DNA of 64,000 nucleotides. Source: an uncultured Desulfospira sp. (GTDB lineage: Bacteria; Desulfobacterota; Desulfobacteria; Desulfobacterales; Desulfobacteraceae). The stretch is taken from contig OY760175.1 in NCBI GenBank assembly GCA_963663165.1, forward strand, positions 5,504,001 through 5,568,000. Direction: 5' to 3'. Shown here one piece after another: positions 8,206-18,957 of the stretch (positions within the stretch are counted from its first letter, which is position 1; every line of letters starts with the position of its first letter). The notes under the pieces were generated by a model. That model did no database searches. It saw only the letters and a program-made list of their open reading frames with translations, and was not told the origin of the DNA. A program made the position numbers and the translations under genes.

Positions 8206-9918
8206 ATGACCGGATTTTCCATATACCGATTTAAAAGCCTGAACACCCGGTTGACGATTTTTTTGCTGATTCCGGTGTTTTTGCTGCTGATGACCGGCGG
8301 CGCCCTGACCTTTGTATTTACCCGTAATCTGCTGCTCGAGCAATGGAGAGAATCCACGGTGTTAAAGCTTTCCCGGGCGGCTCACAGCATTGAGATGCGC
8401 CTGACCGCTCCGTTGAATATTATGGAGGCCCTTTTTACAAATGAATCTGCTTACCGGGGGACGGGTGAAGATATTGCGGCCCTTTTAAAAGGGTTTAACG
8501 GGGTGATGGATGTGGATTTTGCACCGGGCCCGTCGGTGATCCGGCAGGGCGGCGGTGATTCAGCAGAAAGATCTGAAACCGGAAAAGGGTTTCGCAGGTG
8601 CCGGATAAAAAAGATTTCGAATCCCCGGTTTGATACCTCCCTGGAGGGGAAAGTGGTCACCATTGCCATTGAGATTCTGGACCGGCAGGATCGGGCCGCC
8701 GGAACACTGAAAATACAGATGGGTTTTGATTTTCTTATGGCCGAAGTGGCAGGCCAGGAATGGTGGAAAAGTTACAAGGCCTGCCTGGTGACCCGGGACG
8801 GGACTTATCTCGCTGATGCGGATAATTCCACCCCGGGCCGGGCAATGATGGGGGCGTCAGGGGATACCTTTGAAAAAAAAATTATGGCAAGGATCGCCCG
8901 GGAAAGGTCCGGCACGGTGACCAGCGGAGAGTTTCCCCCTAAGGGCGTTGCCGGGTTTTACACCCTGGAGCCGGTCCCCTGGGTCCTGATCCTGTTCGGT
9001 GAAGGAGAAACCGTGCTGGCCCCCCTGATCCTTTACCGGAATTCATTCTTTGGGATCAGTATGGCCATGGTGCTGGTGATTGTCCTGCTGATCCGGAAGC
9101 ATACCCGCCGGGTGGTCGGGGAAATTCAGACCCTTTCCCAGAAAGCCGCTGACGTGGCCAATGGCCGGTACGGAAGCCCGATCCCGGTGGCGGGAAGGGA
9201 CGAAATCAGCCGGCTGGTTCAAAACTATAATAAAATGGTGGACGGGTTAAAGCAGCGGGATTTTATAAGGGATTCCTTTGGCCGGTATGTGGACCCTGAA
9301 TTTGCCAGGCAGCTGATGGAGCGGCCGGAAAAATCCCGGCTGGGGGGCCAGAGGCGGCAGGTGGTGATTTTGATGTCCGATCTTCGGGGGTTTACCCCCA
9401 TGGCCGAATCCCTGGACCCGGAAATCACCATTGATGTGCTGAACCGGTATCTTTCCCGGATGATTCAGATTATTCAGTCCCATCAGGGCATTATTGTTGA
9501 TTTTTTCGGGGACGCCATACTGGTCTTTTTTGATCCCCTGGATACCCCGGTTAACAGGACCGTCCAGAAGGCCCTGGCCTGTGCCTGTGCCATGCAGGAG
9601 AGCATGAATGTGGTGAACCGTGATCTATCCTCAAAGGGGCTGCCACAGCTGGCCATGGGCATCGGAATGCATACCGGGCCGGTGGTGGTGGGCAATATCG
9701 GTTCTGATACCAGGGCCAAATACGGCATCGTGGGATCCGCCGTGAATATCACCAGCCGGATTCAGGCCAGGGCCGGGCAGGGGGAGATCCTGGTCTCTGA
9801 AGACCTGCTGGAACTTCTCCCGGATGTCGGCATCAGCCACAGCTTCACGGCGCAGCTCAAAGGCATCCAGACCCCCATGACCTTGACCGGTGTGGTGCCT
9901 GAGACCCTTGACAGTTAG
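8206..9918 (+). CDS. Membrane adenylate/guanylate cyclase with HAMP domain
   Basis: Two TM helices, HAMP (GRDEISRL..YNKM), class III cyclase motifs SDLRGFT, FFGDAI, GNIGS, VNITSRIQ. Confidence 0.92.
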   Translation: MTGFSIYRFKSLNTRLTIFLLIPVFLLLMTGGALTFVFTRNLLLEQWRESTVLKLSRAAHSIEMRLTAPLNIMEALFTNESAYRGTGEDIAALLKGFNGVMDVDFAPGPSVIRQGGGDSAERSETGKGFRRCRIKKISNPRFDTSLEGKVVTIAIEILDRQDRAAGTLKIQMGFDFLMAEVAGQEWWKSYKACLVTRDGTYLADADNSTPGRAMMGASGDTFEKKIMARIARERSGTVTSGEFPPKGVAGFYTLEPVPWVLILFGEGETVLAPLILYRNSFFGISMAMVLVIVLLIRKHTRRVVGEIQTLSQKAADVANGRYGSPIPVAGRDEISRLVQNYNKMVDGLKQRDFIRDSFGRYVDPEFARQLMERPEKSRLGGQRRQVVILMSDLRGFTPMAESLDPEITIDVLNRYLSRMIQIIQSHQGIIVDFFGDAILVFFDPLDTPVNRTVQKALACACAMQESMNVVNRDLSSKGLPQLAMGIGMHTGPVVVGNIGSDTRAKYGIVGSAVNITSRIQARAGQGEILVSEDLLELLPDVGISHSFTAQLKGIQTPMTLTGVVPETLDS

Positions 9919-10355
9919 GCGGTTTGGCTGTTCCCGGCAACCAGAATCTTTCTGGTTATCTCACAAAGATAGTAAAGTTCGGCGGTAGACAGAAAGTTCA
10001 AACTTACTTTTTTCAGGGTCAAATAGGGGTTGCCGTTTATGGTTGTAATGAACAGGTGAGCGTTGTCTGAATCCGGGATATCCCTGAGCATTTTTTCAGG
10101 ATGGGAAAAATCAGGCCTTAAATTGTTTTTGAAATCCGTGATTATTTTGGCGTTTTCATAGGTTATGGTACTCATTTCATCATTGTTAAGGGCCATGCAG
10201 ACCGAAATGGTCCGGTTGCTGAGCCGGGTCATTCTGTCCCGGTCACTAAAGGACATCATCTCTTTGCCAGCCGCCTGTTTTTCCAGCTTTAACACCATAT
10301 CCCGGCCCTTGTACGGACCGGACGCCACATCCGTTACCAAATTTGCAAAGTTCAT
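9915..10355 (-). CDS. Hypothetical protein
   Basis: 146-aa ORF with GAGGG RBS, convergent with the cyclase. Confidence 0.6.
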   Translation of the reverse strand: MNFANLVTDVASGPYKGRDMVLKLEKQAAGKEMMSFSDRDRMTRLSNRTISVCMALNNDEMSTITYENAKIITDFKNNLRPDFSHPEKMLRDIPDSDNAHLFITTINGNPYLTLKKVSLNFLSTAELYYLCEITRKILVAGNSQTA

Positions 10356-10430
10356 TATTATCCCTCTTGCCGCTAATCTAAACGCTTAAATTTATAAAAA
10401 TTATCTTGGAAAACAGTAGGGTTAATAAAA

Positions 10431-10508
10431 TGGACTTGGGATATGGGATATGGGACCTGGGGATTACAGTATCTGTGGCCTCCCCAAGTCTCATATCCCA
10501 AGTCCCAA
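10431..10508. repeat. Heptamer-repeat palindrome (same family as 4802-4886)
   Basis: GGACTTGGGATATGGGATATGGGACCTGGGG...CCCCAAGTCTCATATCCCAAGTCCC. Confidence 0.85.
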
Positions 10509-10517
10509 TTTTATACA

Positions 10518-11762
10518 CTATTCAAAAATCTTCTCGTCCAATGCCCCGGCCTCATGGGCAATATCCTCCATGTCCCGGATTGCCCCGTCTTTTTTCCTTG
10601 CCCAGTACTCCTTGTACCATTCATTGGCAATGATCATGGACATGACCTCGTTGGTGCCGGTCCAGATGGAGGCCAGGCGAAGGTCCCTGAAAATCCGTTC
10701 CACCGGGTAAATATTGGTGTAGCCGATGCCGCCCATGACCTGCATGGCGTTGTGGGCCGCCTTCTGGCAGGATTCGGTGACAAATTTTTTGGATTCAGAC
10801 ACCATGCGGCGGATCTTTTTTTCATGGATCCTTTCGTCCACTGCCCGGGCCGTGCTGTAAATCATGGCCCGGGCCGCATCCAGCAGGGTAAGGGCTTCAG
10901 CCACCTGAAAGGATACGCCTTGAAATGCGGCCACAGGACGGCCAAAGGCCTTTCGTTTTGAGGTATACCCGGTGGCAATGTCCAGGGCGGGAACCGCCGC
11001 GCCAATGGTCATGGCCGCCGTGCCCAGGCGTTCGGGGATCATCATGGTGTTAAACACCTTGACCCCCTGGTTGAGCCCGCCCACAAGATTCTCCCTGGGC
11101 ACCTTGACCTCCTTGAACACCATCCGGGCCGCGCCCCCGCCCCGGCAGCCCATAAGCCCGTAAAGGTATTCGGTCTTAACCCCTTCTGTCCGGTCCACAA
11201 TAAAACAGGAAATCCCCTCCCGGGGCTGGGCATCGGGATCAGTCCGGGCATAGACCAGAAAATAATCGGCACCCTCACCGCCCACGATGAACCGTTTCTG
11301 GCCGTTAAGGATAAAGTGGTCTCCCTTGTCCTGGGCTGTGGTGGCGGTTCCGAAAAAATCTGACCCGCCCCGGGGTTCGGTCAGGCATTCTGCCGCAAAC
11401 AGTTCCCCTTTGAGCAGCGGTTTGACATATTTTTCTTTTTGTTCGTCACTGCCGTGCAGGATAATGGCGTCACAGACCAGTTCTGCGCCCACCCCAAAGG
11501 TGCAGGCAAAAATATATCCCAATACCCCGATCTCTTCCATGACCATACAGGTGGAGACCCAGTCCATACCCCTGCCGCCCCATTTTTCAGGGTAACGGCA
11601 CCCCATGAGGTTGCGCCGGCCCGCTTCCTGTAAAAATTGCCTGGGAAACTGAATGTTGTCCGCATCCATATCCAGAATCATCTGTCTGGGAATTGATTTT
11701 ACAAAATCCCGGGCTTCCTGTTTCAATTTTTTTTGTTCATCGGTCAGTAGGTAGTCAAACAT
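10518..11762 (-). CDS. Acyl-CoA dehydrogenase
   Basis: LTEPRGGSD, LNGQKRFI, RKAFGRP, QVMGGIGY, IWTGTNE. Confidence 0.95.
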   Translation of the reverse strand: MFDYLLTDEQKKLKQEARDFVKSIPRQMILDMDADNIQFPRQFLQEAGRRNLMGCRYPEKWGGRGMDWVSTCMVMEEIGVLGYIFACTFGVGAELVCDAIILHGSDEQKEKYVKPLLKGELFAAECLTEPRGGSDFFGTATTAQDKGDHFILNGQKRFIVGGEGADYFLVYARTDPDAQPREGISCFIVDRTEGVKTEYLYGLMGCRGGGAARMVFKEVKVPRENLVGGLNQGVKVFNTMMIPERLGTAAMTIGAAVPALDIATGYTSKRKAFGRPVAAFQGVSFQVAEALTLLDAARAMIYSTARAVDERIHEKKIRRMVSESKKFVTESCQKAAHNAMQVMGGIGYTNIYPVERIFRDLRLASIWTGTNEVMSMIIANEWYKEYWARKKDGAIRDMEDIAHEAGALDEKIFE

Positions 11763-11807
11763 GGGTGCTCCTGTGGTTGTTTGTTTAAAAAGCCATTAGC
11801 CATTAGC

Positions 11808-13650
11808 CCCAAAACAAGCGTGAGATAAGTAATAAAAATGAGATAAAATCCTCGAAACGCCTATCAATAAAAGGTATAATAAGTTTACCACAACGAAATA
11901 TACCAAATTGAAAGGACGTTTCGAGTGAATAAAAATATCAACAAAAATTTGGCAAAACGCAAGAAAAAAATAAGCAAAAAGCTCAACAAAAGAGATTGGG
12001 ATGAACAGCCAGCCCCTATGTTTAAAGCATCCAACATTCAATACGAGATTGACGGTCGCCTCCAAGGGGTTGCTCCCGGCGGCATAGGGTTAATTCATAT
12101 GCTTGCCAAAAAGACCGGCCTTCTGAAAGAAATTGATAAGGAGCTCGAACTGCTTAAACGCCATTTGCCCTATCATGAATCAGATCATGTCGCCAACATG
12201 GCATATAATATTCTTGCCGGTGGCACCTGCCTTCAGGATATTGAGCTGCTCAGAAACAATGAAGCCTGGTTGAATGCTCTGGATGCAGAAATTATCCCCG
12301 ATCCCACTACAGCCGGAGACTTTTTGCGCCGGTTTTCCAAGGAAGATATCATAACTCTGCAGGACGTCAAAAATACCATCCGGAAAAAGGTATGGGAAAA
12401 GCAGCCGCAAAACTTCAAGAAAGAAGCCATCATCAATATCGACGGCACTATCAGTGAAACAACCGGCGAGTGCAAACAGGGTATGGACATCTCTTATAAT
12501 GGTAAGTGGGGATATGCCCCTCTGATAGTCTCTCTGGAAAAAACAAGGGAGCCTCTTTATATAATCAATCGATCCGGCAATGCTCCGTCCCACCTCAACT
12601 CTGCGGGTTGGGTGGATAAGTCCCTTGATCTGCTGGAAGGCACTTTTAAAAAATTATACGTTCGGGGTGATACTGATTTCAGCCTTACTTCCAATTTTGA
12701 CAAATGGGATCAACGCTGTACCTTTGTCTTTGGCATGGATGCCAGATCAAACCTGATAAAACTGGCCGGTGGTCTTTCAGATTCCGAATGGGAGATATTT
12801 GAAAAACAGCCGCAAGCCATCAAAACAATCCCCAGAAAACGTCCCGAAAATATCAAACTTCAAGTGGTCAAAAAACGCAATTTCAAACGTCTTGAGACCG
12901 CCTGTGAACATATAGCCGAATTTGAATATAAACCTGGTAAATGTCGGCAACCCTACCGGATGATCGTGCTGCGCAAAACAATAAATGAGTATAAAGGCGA
13001 ACGTCTATTGTTTGACGATATCCGTTACTTTTTTTACATCACAAACGATTGGAAAAAATCAGCCAGGCACCTGGTGGATTTTTACCGGAAACGGGCGGAT
13101 CACGAAAATGACATTGATCAGTTGAAACATGGCGTGCATGCAATGGCTAATCCTTCTGATTCCCTAAATGCCAACTGGGCCTATATGGTTGTTGCATCTT
13201 TGGCATGGGATCTGAAAGCCTGGTATGGAATGATGATGCCGTATCGAGCTTTAGGTCTCTCCATCGTCCGTATGGAATTCAAACGCTTTATCCAGACATT
13301 TATAAATATCCCTTGCTTGATCATACGTTCCAGCAGGGCCATTAAATATCGAATCATTGGTTATAACAACAGGCTCACAAGCGTGTTCAAGTTTTTTAAC
13401 TCTTTGAAGACTGCCTGGGTTACATGATGCCTTTGCTCCGGACAGTTATTGCAAACGGGCTGCAATGGCGAGTCTAAAACCTGTAGATTTCAAAAGGGAA
13501 TTTAAGCAATGAACCACAACACAATCGGCAGTATTCCAAAAAACATCAGGACTCGTGCGTCTGTTTGATGGAAATTGGAGACACAAAATAATAGCTCGGG
13601 TCGACAATTGCTTATGAGAAATTCATTTTTTATAACACGCTTGTTTTGGG
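11808..13650 (+). mobile_element. IS1380-family insertion sequence
   Basis: Perfect 15-bp IR CCCAAAACAAGCGTG / CACGCTTGTTTTGGG; flanked by ATTAGC (or TTAG if the ends are 1 bp wider). Confidence 0.9.
11925..13427 (+). CDS. IS1380-family transposase
   Basis: IPDPTTAGDFLRRF, NIDGT, RGDTDF, YRKRADHENDIDQLK. Confidence 0.9.
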   Translation: MNKNINKNLAKRKKKISKKLNKRDWDEQPAPMFKASNIQYEIDGRLQGVAPGGIGLIHMLAKKTGLLKEIDKELELLKRHLPYHESDHVANMAYNILAGGTCLQDIELLRNNEAWLNALDAEIIPDPTTAGDFLRRFSKEDIITLQDVKNTIRKKVWEKQPQNFKKEAIINIDGTISETTGECKQGMDISYNGKWGYAPLIVSLEKTREPLYIINRSGNAPSHLNSAGWVDKSLDLLEGTFKKLYVRGDTDFSLTSNFDKWDQRCTFVFGMDARSNLIKLAGGLSDSEWEIFEKQPQAIKTIPRKRPENIKLQVVKKRNFKRLETACEHIAEFEYKPGKCRQPYRMIVLRKTINEYKGERLLFDDIRYFFYITNDWKKSARHLVDFYRKRADHENDIDQLKHGVHAMANPSDSLNANWAYMVVASLAWDLKAWYGMMMPYRALGLSIVRMEFKRFIQTFINIPCLIIRSSRAIKYRIIGYNNRLTSVFKFFNSLKTAWVT

Positions 13651-13848
13651 ATTAGCCGTTAGCGGTTAGCGGTTAGCTAAGAGGGAACGCTGTTTGCTTA
13701 CATATAAAAAAGATTATCAAAATCTGCAAGTTTTGCTATAACCGTTCCGGGCGGCCTGGGGTTTAAACCTGTAACCAGGAAAAGGCCACAACCATTAATC
13801 GTTAACAGTTAACAGCTAAAAGCCAACAGCTAATTCGGAGATCTGCCT

Positions 13849-14958
13849 GTGAAAGTGGACGGAAAAGATATGAGGCCCATATGGTTTGACCGGGAAAGTA
13901 AAACAGTCCAGGTCATTGATCAGCGGTTCCTGCCCCATGAACTGAGGATTAAAGACCTCAACACCGTGGATGATGCGATTTACGCCATCAAAGAAATGGT
14001 GGTCCGGGGCGCGCCCCTTATCGGTGCCACCGGTGCCATGGGGGTTTATGTCAGCCTGGTCCAGGAGGGCGCTATGCCTGAAGACGACGGATATGTTGAA
14101 GCCGAGTGCGCCCGCCTGAAAGATGCCCGGCCCACGGCCATGAACCTGTTCTGGGGCGTGGACCGGATCAAATATCTTGTGTTGCGGCATGAGTCGGCCC
14201 GGGACCGGATCAAGGCCGCCTTGAACGGCGGCCTTGAGGTGATTGAAGAAGAAGCGGTCAACTGCCGGAAGATTGGTGAGTACGGATCTGTGGTCATTGA
14301 AGATATATATTCCAGAAAAAAAGGGGCACCTGTTAACATTCTTACCCACTGCAATGCCGGCTGGCTGGCCTGTATTGAGTACGGCACGGCCACGGCCCCC
14401 ATTTATACGGCCTTTGACAAGGGGATTCCCGTCCATGTCTGGGTGGATGAAACCAGGCCCTTAAACCAGGGATCACGGCTTACCGCCTGGGAGCTTGGCA
14501 AACACGGGGTCCCCCACACCATCATCACGGACAATGCCGGCGGCCATATCATGCAGCACGGCATGGTGGACCTGGTCATCGTGGGGACCGACCGGACCAC
14601 CAGGACAGGGGATGTGGCCAACAAGATCGGGACCTACTTAAAGGCCCTGGCTGCCCGGGACAACGACATTCCCTTTTATGTGGCCCTGCCGTCTTCCACC
14701 TTTGACTGGTCCATTACAGACGGGGTAGAGGATATTCCCATTGAAGAACGGAACCCGGACGAGATCCGGTATATCCAGGGCCTTTGCGACGGGAAAATCA
14801 AAGAAGTGCTGGTTCCCCCGGCAGACAGCCCGGCCGCCAACCACGCCTTTGATGTCACCCCGGCCCGCCTGGTCACAGGGTTCATCACCGAACGGGGAAT
14901 CTGCAAGGCGGATGAAGAAGGGATCATGGAATTGTTCCCGGAAAAGAAAATGCCATGA
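13849..14958 (+). CDS. mtnA: S-methyl-5-thioribose-1-phosphate isomerase
   Basis: MVVRGAPLIG, ARPTAMNL, THCNAGWLA, DETRP, NKIGTY, AFDVTP. Confidence 0.95.
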   Translation: MKVDGKDMRPIWFDRESKTVQVIDQRFLPHELRIKDLNTVDDAIYAIKEMVVRGAPLIGATGAMGVYVSLVQEGAMPEDDGYVEAECARLKDARPTAMNLFWGVDRIKYLVLRHESARDRIKAALNGGLEVIEEEAVNCRKIGEYGSVVIEDIYSRKKGAPVNILTHCNAGWLACIEYGTATAPIYTAFDKGIPVHVWVDETRPLNQGSRLTAWELGKHGVPHTIITDNAGGHIMQHGMVDLVIVGTDRTTRTGDVANKIGTYLKALAARDNDIPFYVALPSSTFDWSITDGVEDIPIEERNPDEIRYIQGLCDGKIKEVLVPPADSPAANHAFDVTPARLVTGFITERGICKADEEGIMELFPEKKMP

Positions 14959-14980
14959 ACAACAGGATTTAAAATAAATT

Positions 14981-15472
14981 ATGACAGAAACCAACCCCCC
15001 TGAGCTTTCCCTTACGGAAAAGAAAATCATTGCCCTGTTGCAGACCGATATCCCGGTCAGCAAGAGGCCTTACCGGGATATGGCCGAGAAAATCGGCATT
15101 TCAGAAGACCGGTTTATTATGATCCTTGCAAGCCTCAATGACCGGGGCATCATCCGGCGGTTCGGGGCCACCCTCAAACATCAGAAGTCAGGCTTTACAG
15201 CCAATGCCATGGTGGCCTGGCAGGTGGATGAGGACCGGGTGGAAGCCACGGGCTCCATTATGGCCGGATTTGACGAGATCACCCATTGCTACAGAAGAAA
15301 CCCGGCCCCCCACTGGCCGTACAACCTGTATACCATGGTCCATGCGGCAAGCGAGGAGGCGTGTCAGGCCATTGTTCAAAAAATCTCCGATGCTGTTGGG
15401 GAAAAGACCTATACCATGCTCTTTTCCCGCCAGGAGTTGAAAAAAACCTCAATGAAGTATTTTGAAGACTGA
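14981..15472 (+). CDS. ahbB: Siroheme decarboxylase subunit (AhbB/NirH-like, Lrp/AsnC fold)
   Basis: IIRRFGATLKH, ANAMVAW, THCYRR, WPYNLYTMVH, ELKKTSMKYF. Confidence 0.8.
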   Translation: MTETNPPELSLTEKKIIALLQTDIPVSKRPYRDMAEKIGISEDRFIMILASLNDRGIIRRFGATLKHQKSGFTANAMVAWQVDEDRVEATGSIMAGFDEITHCYRRNPAPHWPYNLYTMVHAASEEACQAIVQKISDAVGEKTYTMLFSRQELKKTSMKYFED

Positions 15473-16835
15473 TCCGCCCCATATCCTTTGCGTCAACCCC
15501 TGGATCCACGACTTTGCCGCCTTCGATTTCTGGGCCGCCCCTTTGGGGTTGCTGTCCATTGCCGCCATTTTAAGAAAGGCGGGTGTCCGGGTATCTTATT
15601 TGAACTGTCTGGACCGGTTTCACCCCAATGAACCCCGGCCCGTCAAAACCCTCTGGGACGGCCGGGGCCCCTACCGGAAAACCCCCCTTGATTTTGATTC
15701 GGTCCTGGCCCCATTTGTAGGGGATACCAGCCGACTGCCCCGGGTCAGGCAGGCCTTTTCCCGTTACGGGGTCCTGCCCCAATGGTTTATCCGGGATCTT
15801 GAAACCATGGACCGGCCGGACCTGATATTTGTCACCTCCATCATGGCTTACTGGGCATCGGGGGCGGCGGAAACCATTCAGGCCATCAAATCCGTATACC
15901 CCAATGTCCCGGTTGTTTTAGGCGGCATCTATGCGTCCCTTTGCCATGAGCATGCCCTGGCCCATTCCGGGGCAGACCGGGTTATGGCAGGCCCTGTGGA
16001 AAACGATCTGTCCCACATGATTGAAACCTTTACCGGCTTTAAAATAGACCTGCCCGTTGACCCCGGCTGTCTGGACACCTATCCCTTTGCTGCCCTGGAC
16101 TTACAGTCCCAAATCCCCTTTGCCCCCATTCTCACCTCAAGGGGATGTCCGTTTTCCTGTGAATACTGCGCATCTTCATTCCTTGAGCCTAAAATGAGGC
16201 GAAGATCGCCGGACCATGTTTTCAAAGAGATCATCTACTGGCACCAGACCCGGGGGGTGAAAAATTTTGCCTTTTACGATGATGCCCTGCTGATCAACAG
16301 CAAGGCCTATGCTTATCCCCTGCTGGAAAAAATCATTGATTCCGGGGTTGATCTGATGTTTCACACCCCCAATGCCCTCCACATCCGGGAAATCACCCCC
16401 AAGGCGGCCCGGCTCATGTTTCAGGCCGGGTTTAAAACCATCCGGTTAGGACTGGAAACCACGGATTTCAGTGAAAACCGGACCCATGACGCCAAGGTGA
16501 AAAAAGACGAATTTGCAAGGGCCGTCAAGGCCCTCAGGGAGGCGGGGTTTGAAACCAAACAGATCGGGGCCTATCTGTTATGCGGGCTGCCCGGCCAGCG
16601 GATTTGTGAAATTAAATCCGCTATGGACCTGGTCCGGCAGTCCGGGATCACCCCGGTCCAGGCCTTTTACACCCCCATTCCCCACACCCCCATGTGGGAG
16701 GAAGCGGTGGCCCATGCCCGGTTTGACATCCGGCTTCACCCGGCATTGACCAATAACACCCTGTTCCCCTGTGTGGCATCGGAAGACGATATCAAACGGA
16801 TTTACCAGTTGAAAAATATGAGAAAGCGGTTATGA
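15462..16835 (+). CDS. B12-binding-domain radical SAM protein
   Basis: PLGLLSIAA, SRGCPFSCEYC. Confidence 0.9.
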   Translation: MKTDPPHILCVNPWIHDFAAFDFWAAPLGLLSIAAILRKAGVRVSYLNCLDRFHPNEPRPVKTLWDGRGPYRKTPLDFDSVLAPFVGDTSRLPRVRQAFSRYGVLPQWFIRDLETMDRPDLIFVTSIMAYWASGAAETIQAIKSVYPNVPVVLGGIYASLCHEHALAHSGADRVMAGPVENDLSHMIETFTGFKIDLPVDPGCLDTYPFAALDLQSQIPFAPILTSRGCPFSCEYCASSFLEPKMRRRSPDHVFKEIIYWHQTRGVKNFAFYDDALLINSKAYAYPLLEKIIDSGVDLMFHTPNALHIREITPKAARLMFQAGFKTIRLGLETTDFSENRTHDAKVKKDEFARAVKALREAGFETKQIGAYLLCGLPGQRICEIKSAMDLVRQSGITPVQAFYTPIPHTPMWEEAVAHARFDIRLHPALTNNTLFPCVASEDDIKRIYQLKNMRKRL

Positions 16836-16884
16836 TGAGCTATGAAACAGATGCTTAAACTTGAAATTGCCAGGATAGCCCCCC

Positions 16885-17343
16885 ATGATCGTATTTGATC
16901 TTGAATGCCTTAACGGCCATACCTTTGAAGGCTGGTTTGAGGACAAAAAAGATCTTGAAAACCAGATAGAACAGGGCATGATCCAGTGCCCGGTCTGTGA
17001 AAATACCTCGGTAGTCCAAAAGCTTCACCCCATTGCCATCAGAAAATCGTCTTCTGCCCGGTCTTTTGACCGCAACTGCCCTGGCGAAACCGAACAGGCC
17101 TTGAGGGCCGGCCAGGAAGCCATGGCCGAATTAACGGAAAAAGTGGCCGAGTATGTGGAAAAAAATTTTGAAGATGTGGGATCGTCGTTTACCAAAGAGG
17201 CCCTGAAAATGCATTACGGCACCACGGAACATAAAAATATCCGGGGCACCACCACCAAAGAAGAGGAAAAGCTTCTGTCCAAAGAAGGGGTTCCGGTGTT
17301 TAAGGTGCCGGTTTTAAAAAAAGACAGCGAGGACTTAAATTAA
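16885..17343 (+). CDS. DUF1178-family protein
   Basis: MIVFDLECLNGHTFEGWF, CPVC, EALKMHYG..IRG. Confidence 0.85.
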   Translation: MIVFDLECLNGHTFEGWFEDKKDLENQIEQGMIQCPVCENTSVVQKLHPIAIRKSSSARSFDRNCPGETEQALRAGQEAMAELTEKVAEYVEKNFEDVGSSFTKEALKMHYGTTEHKNIRGTTTKEEEKLLSKEGVPVFKVPVLKKDSEDLN

Positions 17344-18026
17344 TGAGATCAACCCGAAGCCTGCTGCCCTGGTGCCTTTTACCGGCGGCCTGCCTGTTAA
17401 CCCTTATGGCCTGCGCGTCTTCCCACTCTTTTTCCATTCAGTTTTCACAGGTCAACGGCCTGAAAGCCGACGCACCTGTAATCTACAATGACCGAACCAT
17501 CGGCAAAGTCAACGACGTCACCTATACCAGAAATGCCGATTTCCTGGTGCAGGTTGAGCTTGAGCCTGACGTTGCTCATCTGGCCACCCGGAACGCCAGG
17601 TTTTCCATTGTTGATTCCCCGGGGCAGGCGGGAGAAAAAGCCATCCTGGTGGAACAGCCTGAGCCTGGCGGCAGCCCCATTGAATCGGGAGCCGTGGTCA
17701 AAGGATATGAAGGCAAGGGCGATACCCCCTTTGAACAGGACATGGAATCCCTGGCAACAGCCGTGGAAAACACGGTGGCCGCGTTCATTGCCACCTTTCA
17801 GAATATTCAGAAATCTGAAGAGTACCAAAGCTTTAAGGACAAACTGGCCGAGCTTGAAACCCAGCTAAAGAATTCAAGCAAAGAAATGGAACAGACCATT
17901 AAAAAAGATCTTTTGCCCAAGCTTGAGGAAAAACTTCAGGACATCATCAAAAGCCTGGAGGAGCAGGGGCAAAAGGACGAAGCCCGGGAACTGGAAAAAG
18001 AATTCGGAAAGCTCCAGGATATTTAG
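17343..18026 (+). CDS. MlaD/MCE-domain lipoprotein
   Basis: Lipobox LMAC, GLKADAPVIYNDRTIGKV. Confidence 0.75.
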   Translation: MRSTRSLLPWCLLPAACLLTLMACASSHSFSIQFSQVNGLKADAPVIYNDRTIGKVNDVTYTRNADFLVQVELEPDVAHLATRNARFSIVDSPGQAGEKAILVEQPEPGGSPIESGAVVKGYEGKGDTPFEQDMESLATAVENTVAAFIATFQNIQKSEEYQSFKDKLAELETQLKNSSKEMEQTIKKDLLPKLEEKLQDIIKSLEEQGQKDEARELEKEFGKLQDI

Positions 18027-18086
18027 TGTTTGAGCGAGAAGTCACCCATTGTTTACATGGCCTCCCCCCGGACTTTGTTATGAAAA

Positions 18087-18737
18087 TCAATTGCGCCGCC
18101 GGTTCATTCCGGCCAGACTGAGCAGCCCAAACCCCACCATTAATATCGTTCCCGGTTCCGGGATGGTGGACGCTGCCACTGTCCAGACGGCGTAGACGTA
18201 ATTGCTCTCACTCGCCATATTGGTATTCGAGGATGTGTTAGTCGATTGGGTTTCATCATCCCCACTAGCATTATTAATTGCGCTGTAGGTGCTAAGAAGT
18301 GTACCTGTTTCACTAGAAGAATAAACACCGAATGCTGTAAGAACAATCGCATAAGTAGAACCCATACCAATACCGTAGGTTAAATTCGGAGAGCTATCGT
18401 ACTGATCCGTGACACCGGTTTCGCTCAAATCAAGAAAAACTTGATTTAACAAAGCTATAGATGCTGCTGCTGCCATCTCCCCATTTACAATAGAACCAAA
18501 ATCCCATGTATCATTAATCCAAAAAAGACTGTCTCCGCTATTATCAACAAATACAACGTCAAACAGGTATGTTTTTTCGCCTACCACAACCTCAACATCA
18601 TATGCCCCTGTAAGGACACGTCGATTGGTGCTGTCGTAATCAATTTTAAGCGTTACAGCGAACACAGAAGAACAAAATAATCCAACACAGAACAAAGAAA
18701 TGAAGATTAGGCTCGTAAAATATTTAAACCGTAACAT
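18087..18737 (-). CDS. PEP-CTERM sorting domain protein
   Basis: Signal peptide; C-terminal IPEPGT + hydrophobic helix + RRRN. Confidence 0.9.
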   Translation of the reverse strand: MLRFKYFTSLIFISLFCVGLFCSSVFAVTLKIDYDSTNRRVLTGAYDVEVVVGEKTYLFDVVFVDNSGDSLFWINDTWDFGSIVNGEMAAAASIALLNQVFLDLSETGVTDQYDSSPNLTYGIGMGSTYAIVLTAFGVYSSSETGTLLSTYSAINNASGDDETQSTNTSSNTNMASESNYVYAVWTVAASTIPEPGTILMVGFGLLSLAGMNRRRN

Positions 18738-18957
18738 AAAAAAATCTCCTTGCTAAACGGATGAACAGTAATAGAAAAAGGTTAGGCCCTATTTGGTTGC
18801 TTTACATAACACTTCATCTTCTTTTATACCAGAAAAAAATTAGCATATGATTGTCTGTTGGTTATAATCGGGTTAACCGGAAGGGCCTTTGGGAGGAGGG
18901 CAACCACGGGTAAAAATGAATTAACCCTCCGATTAAAGGGCCTTTGGCTGTGGGGGG

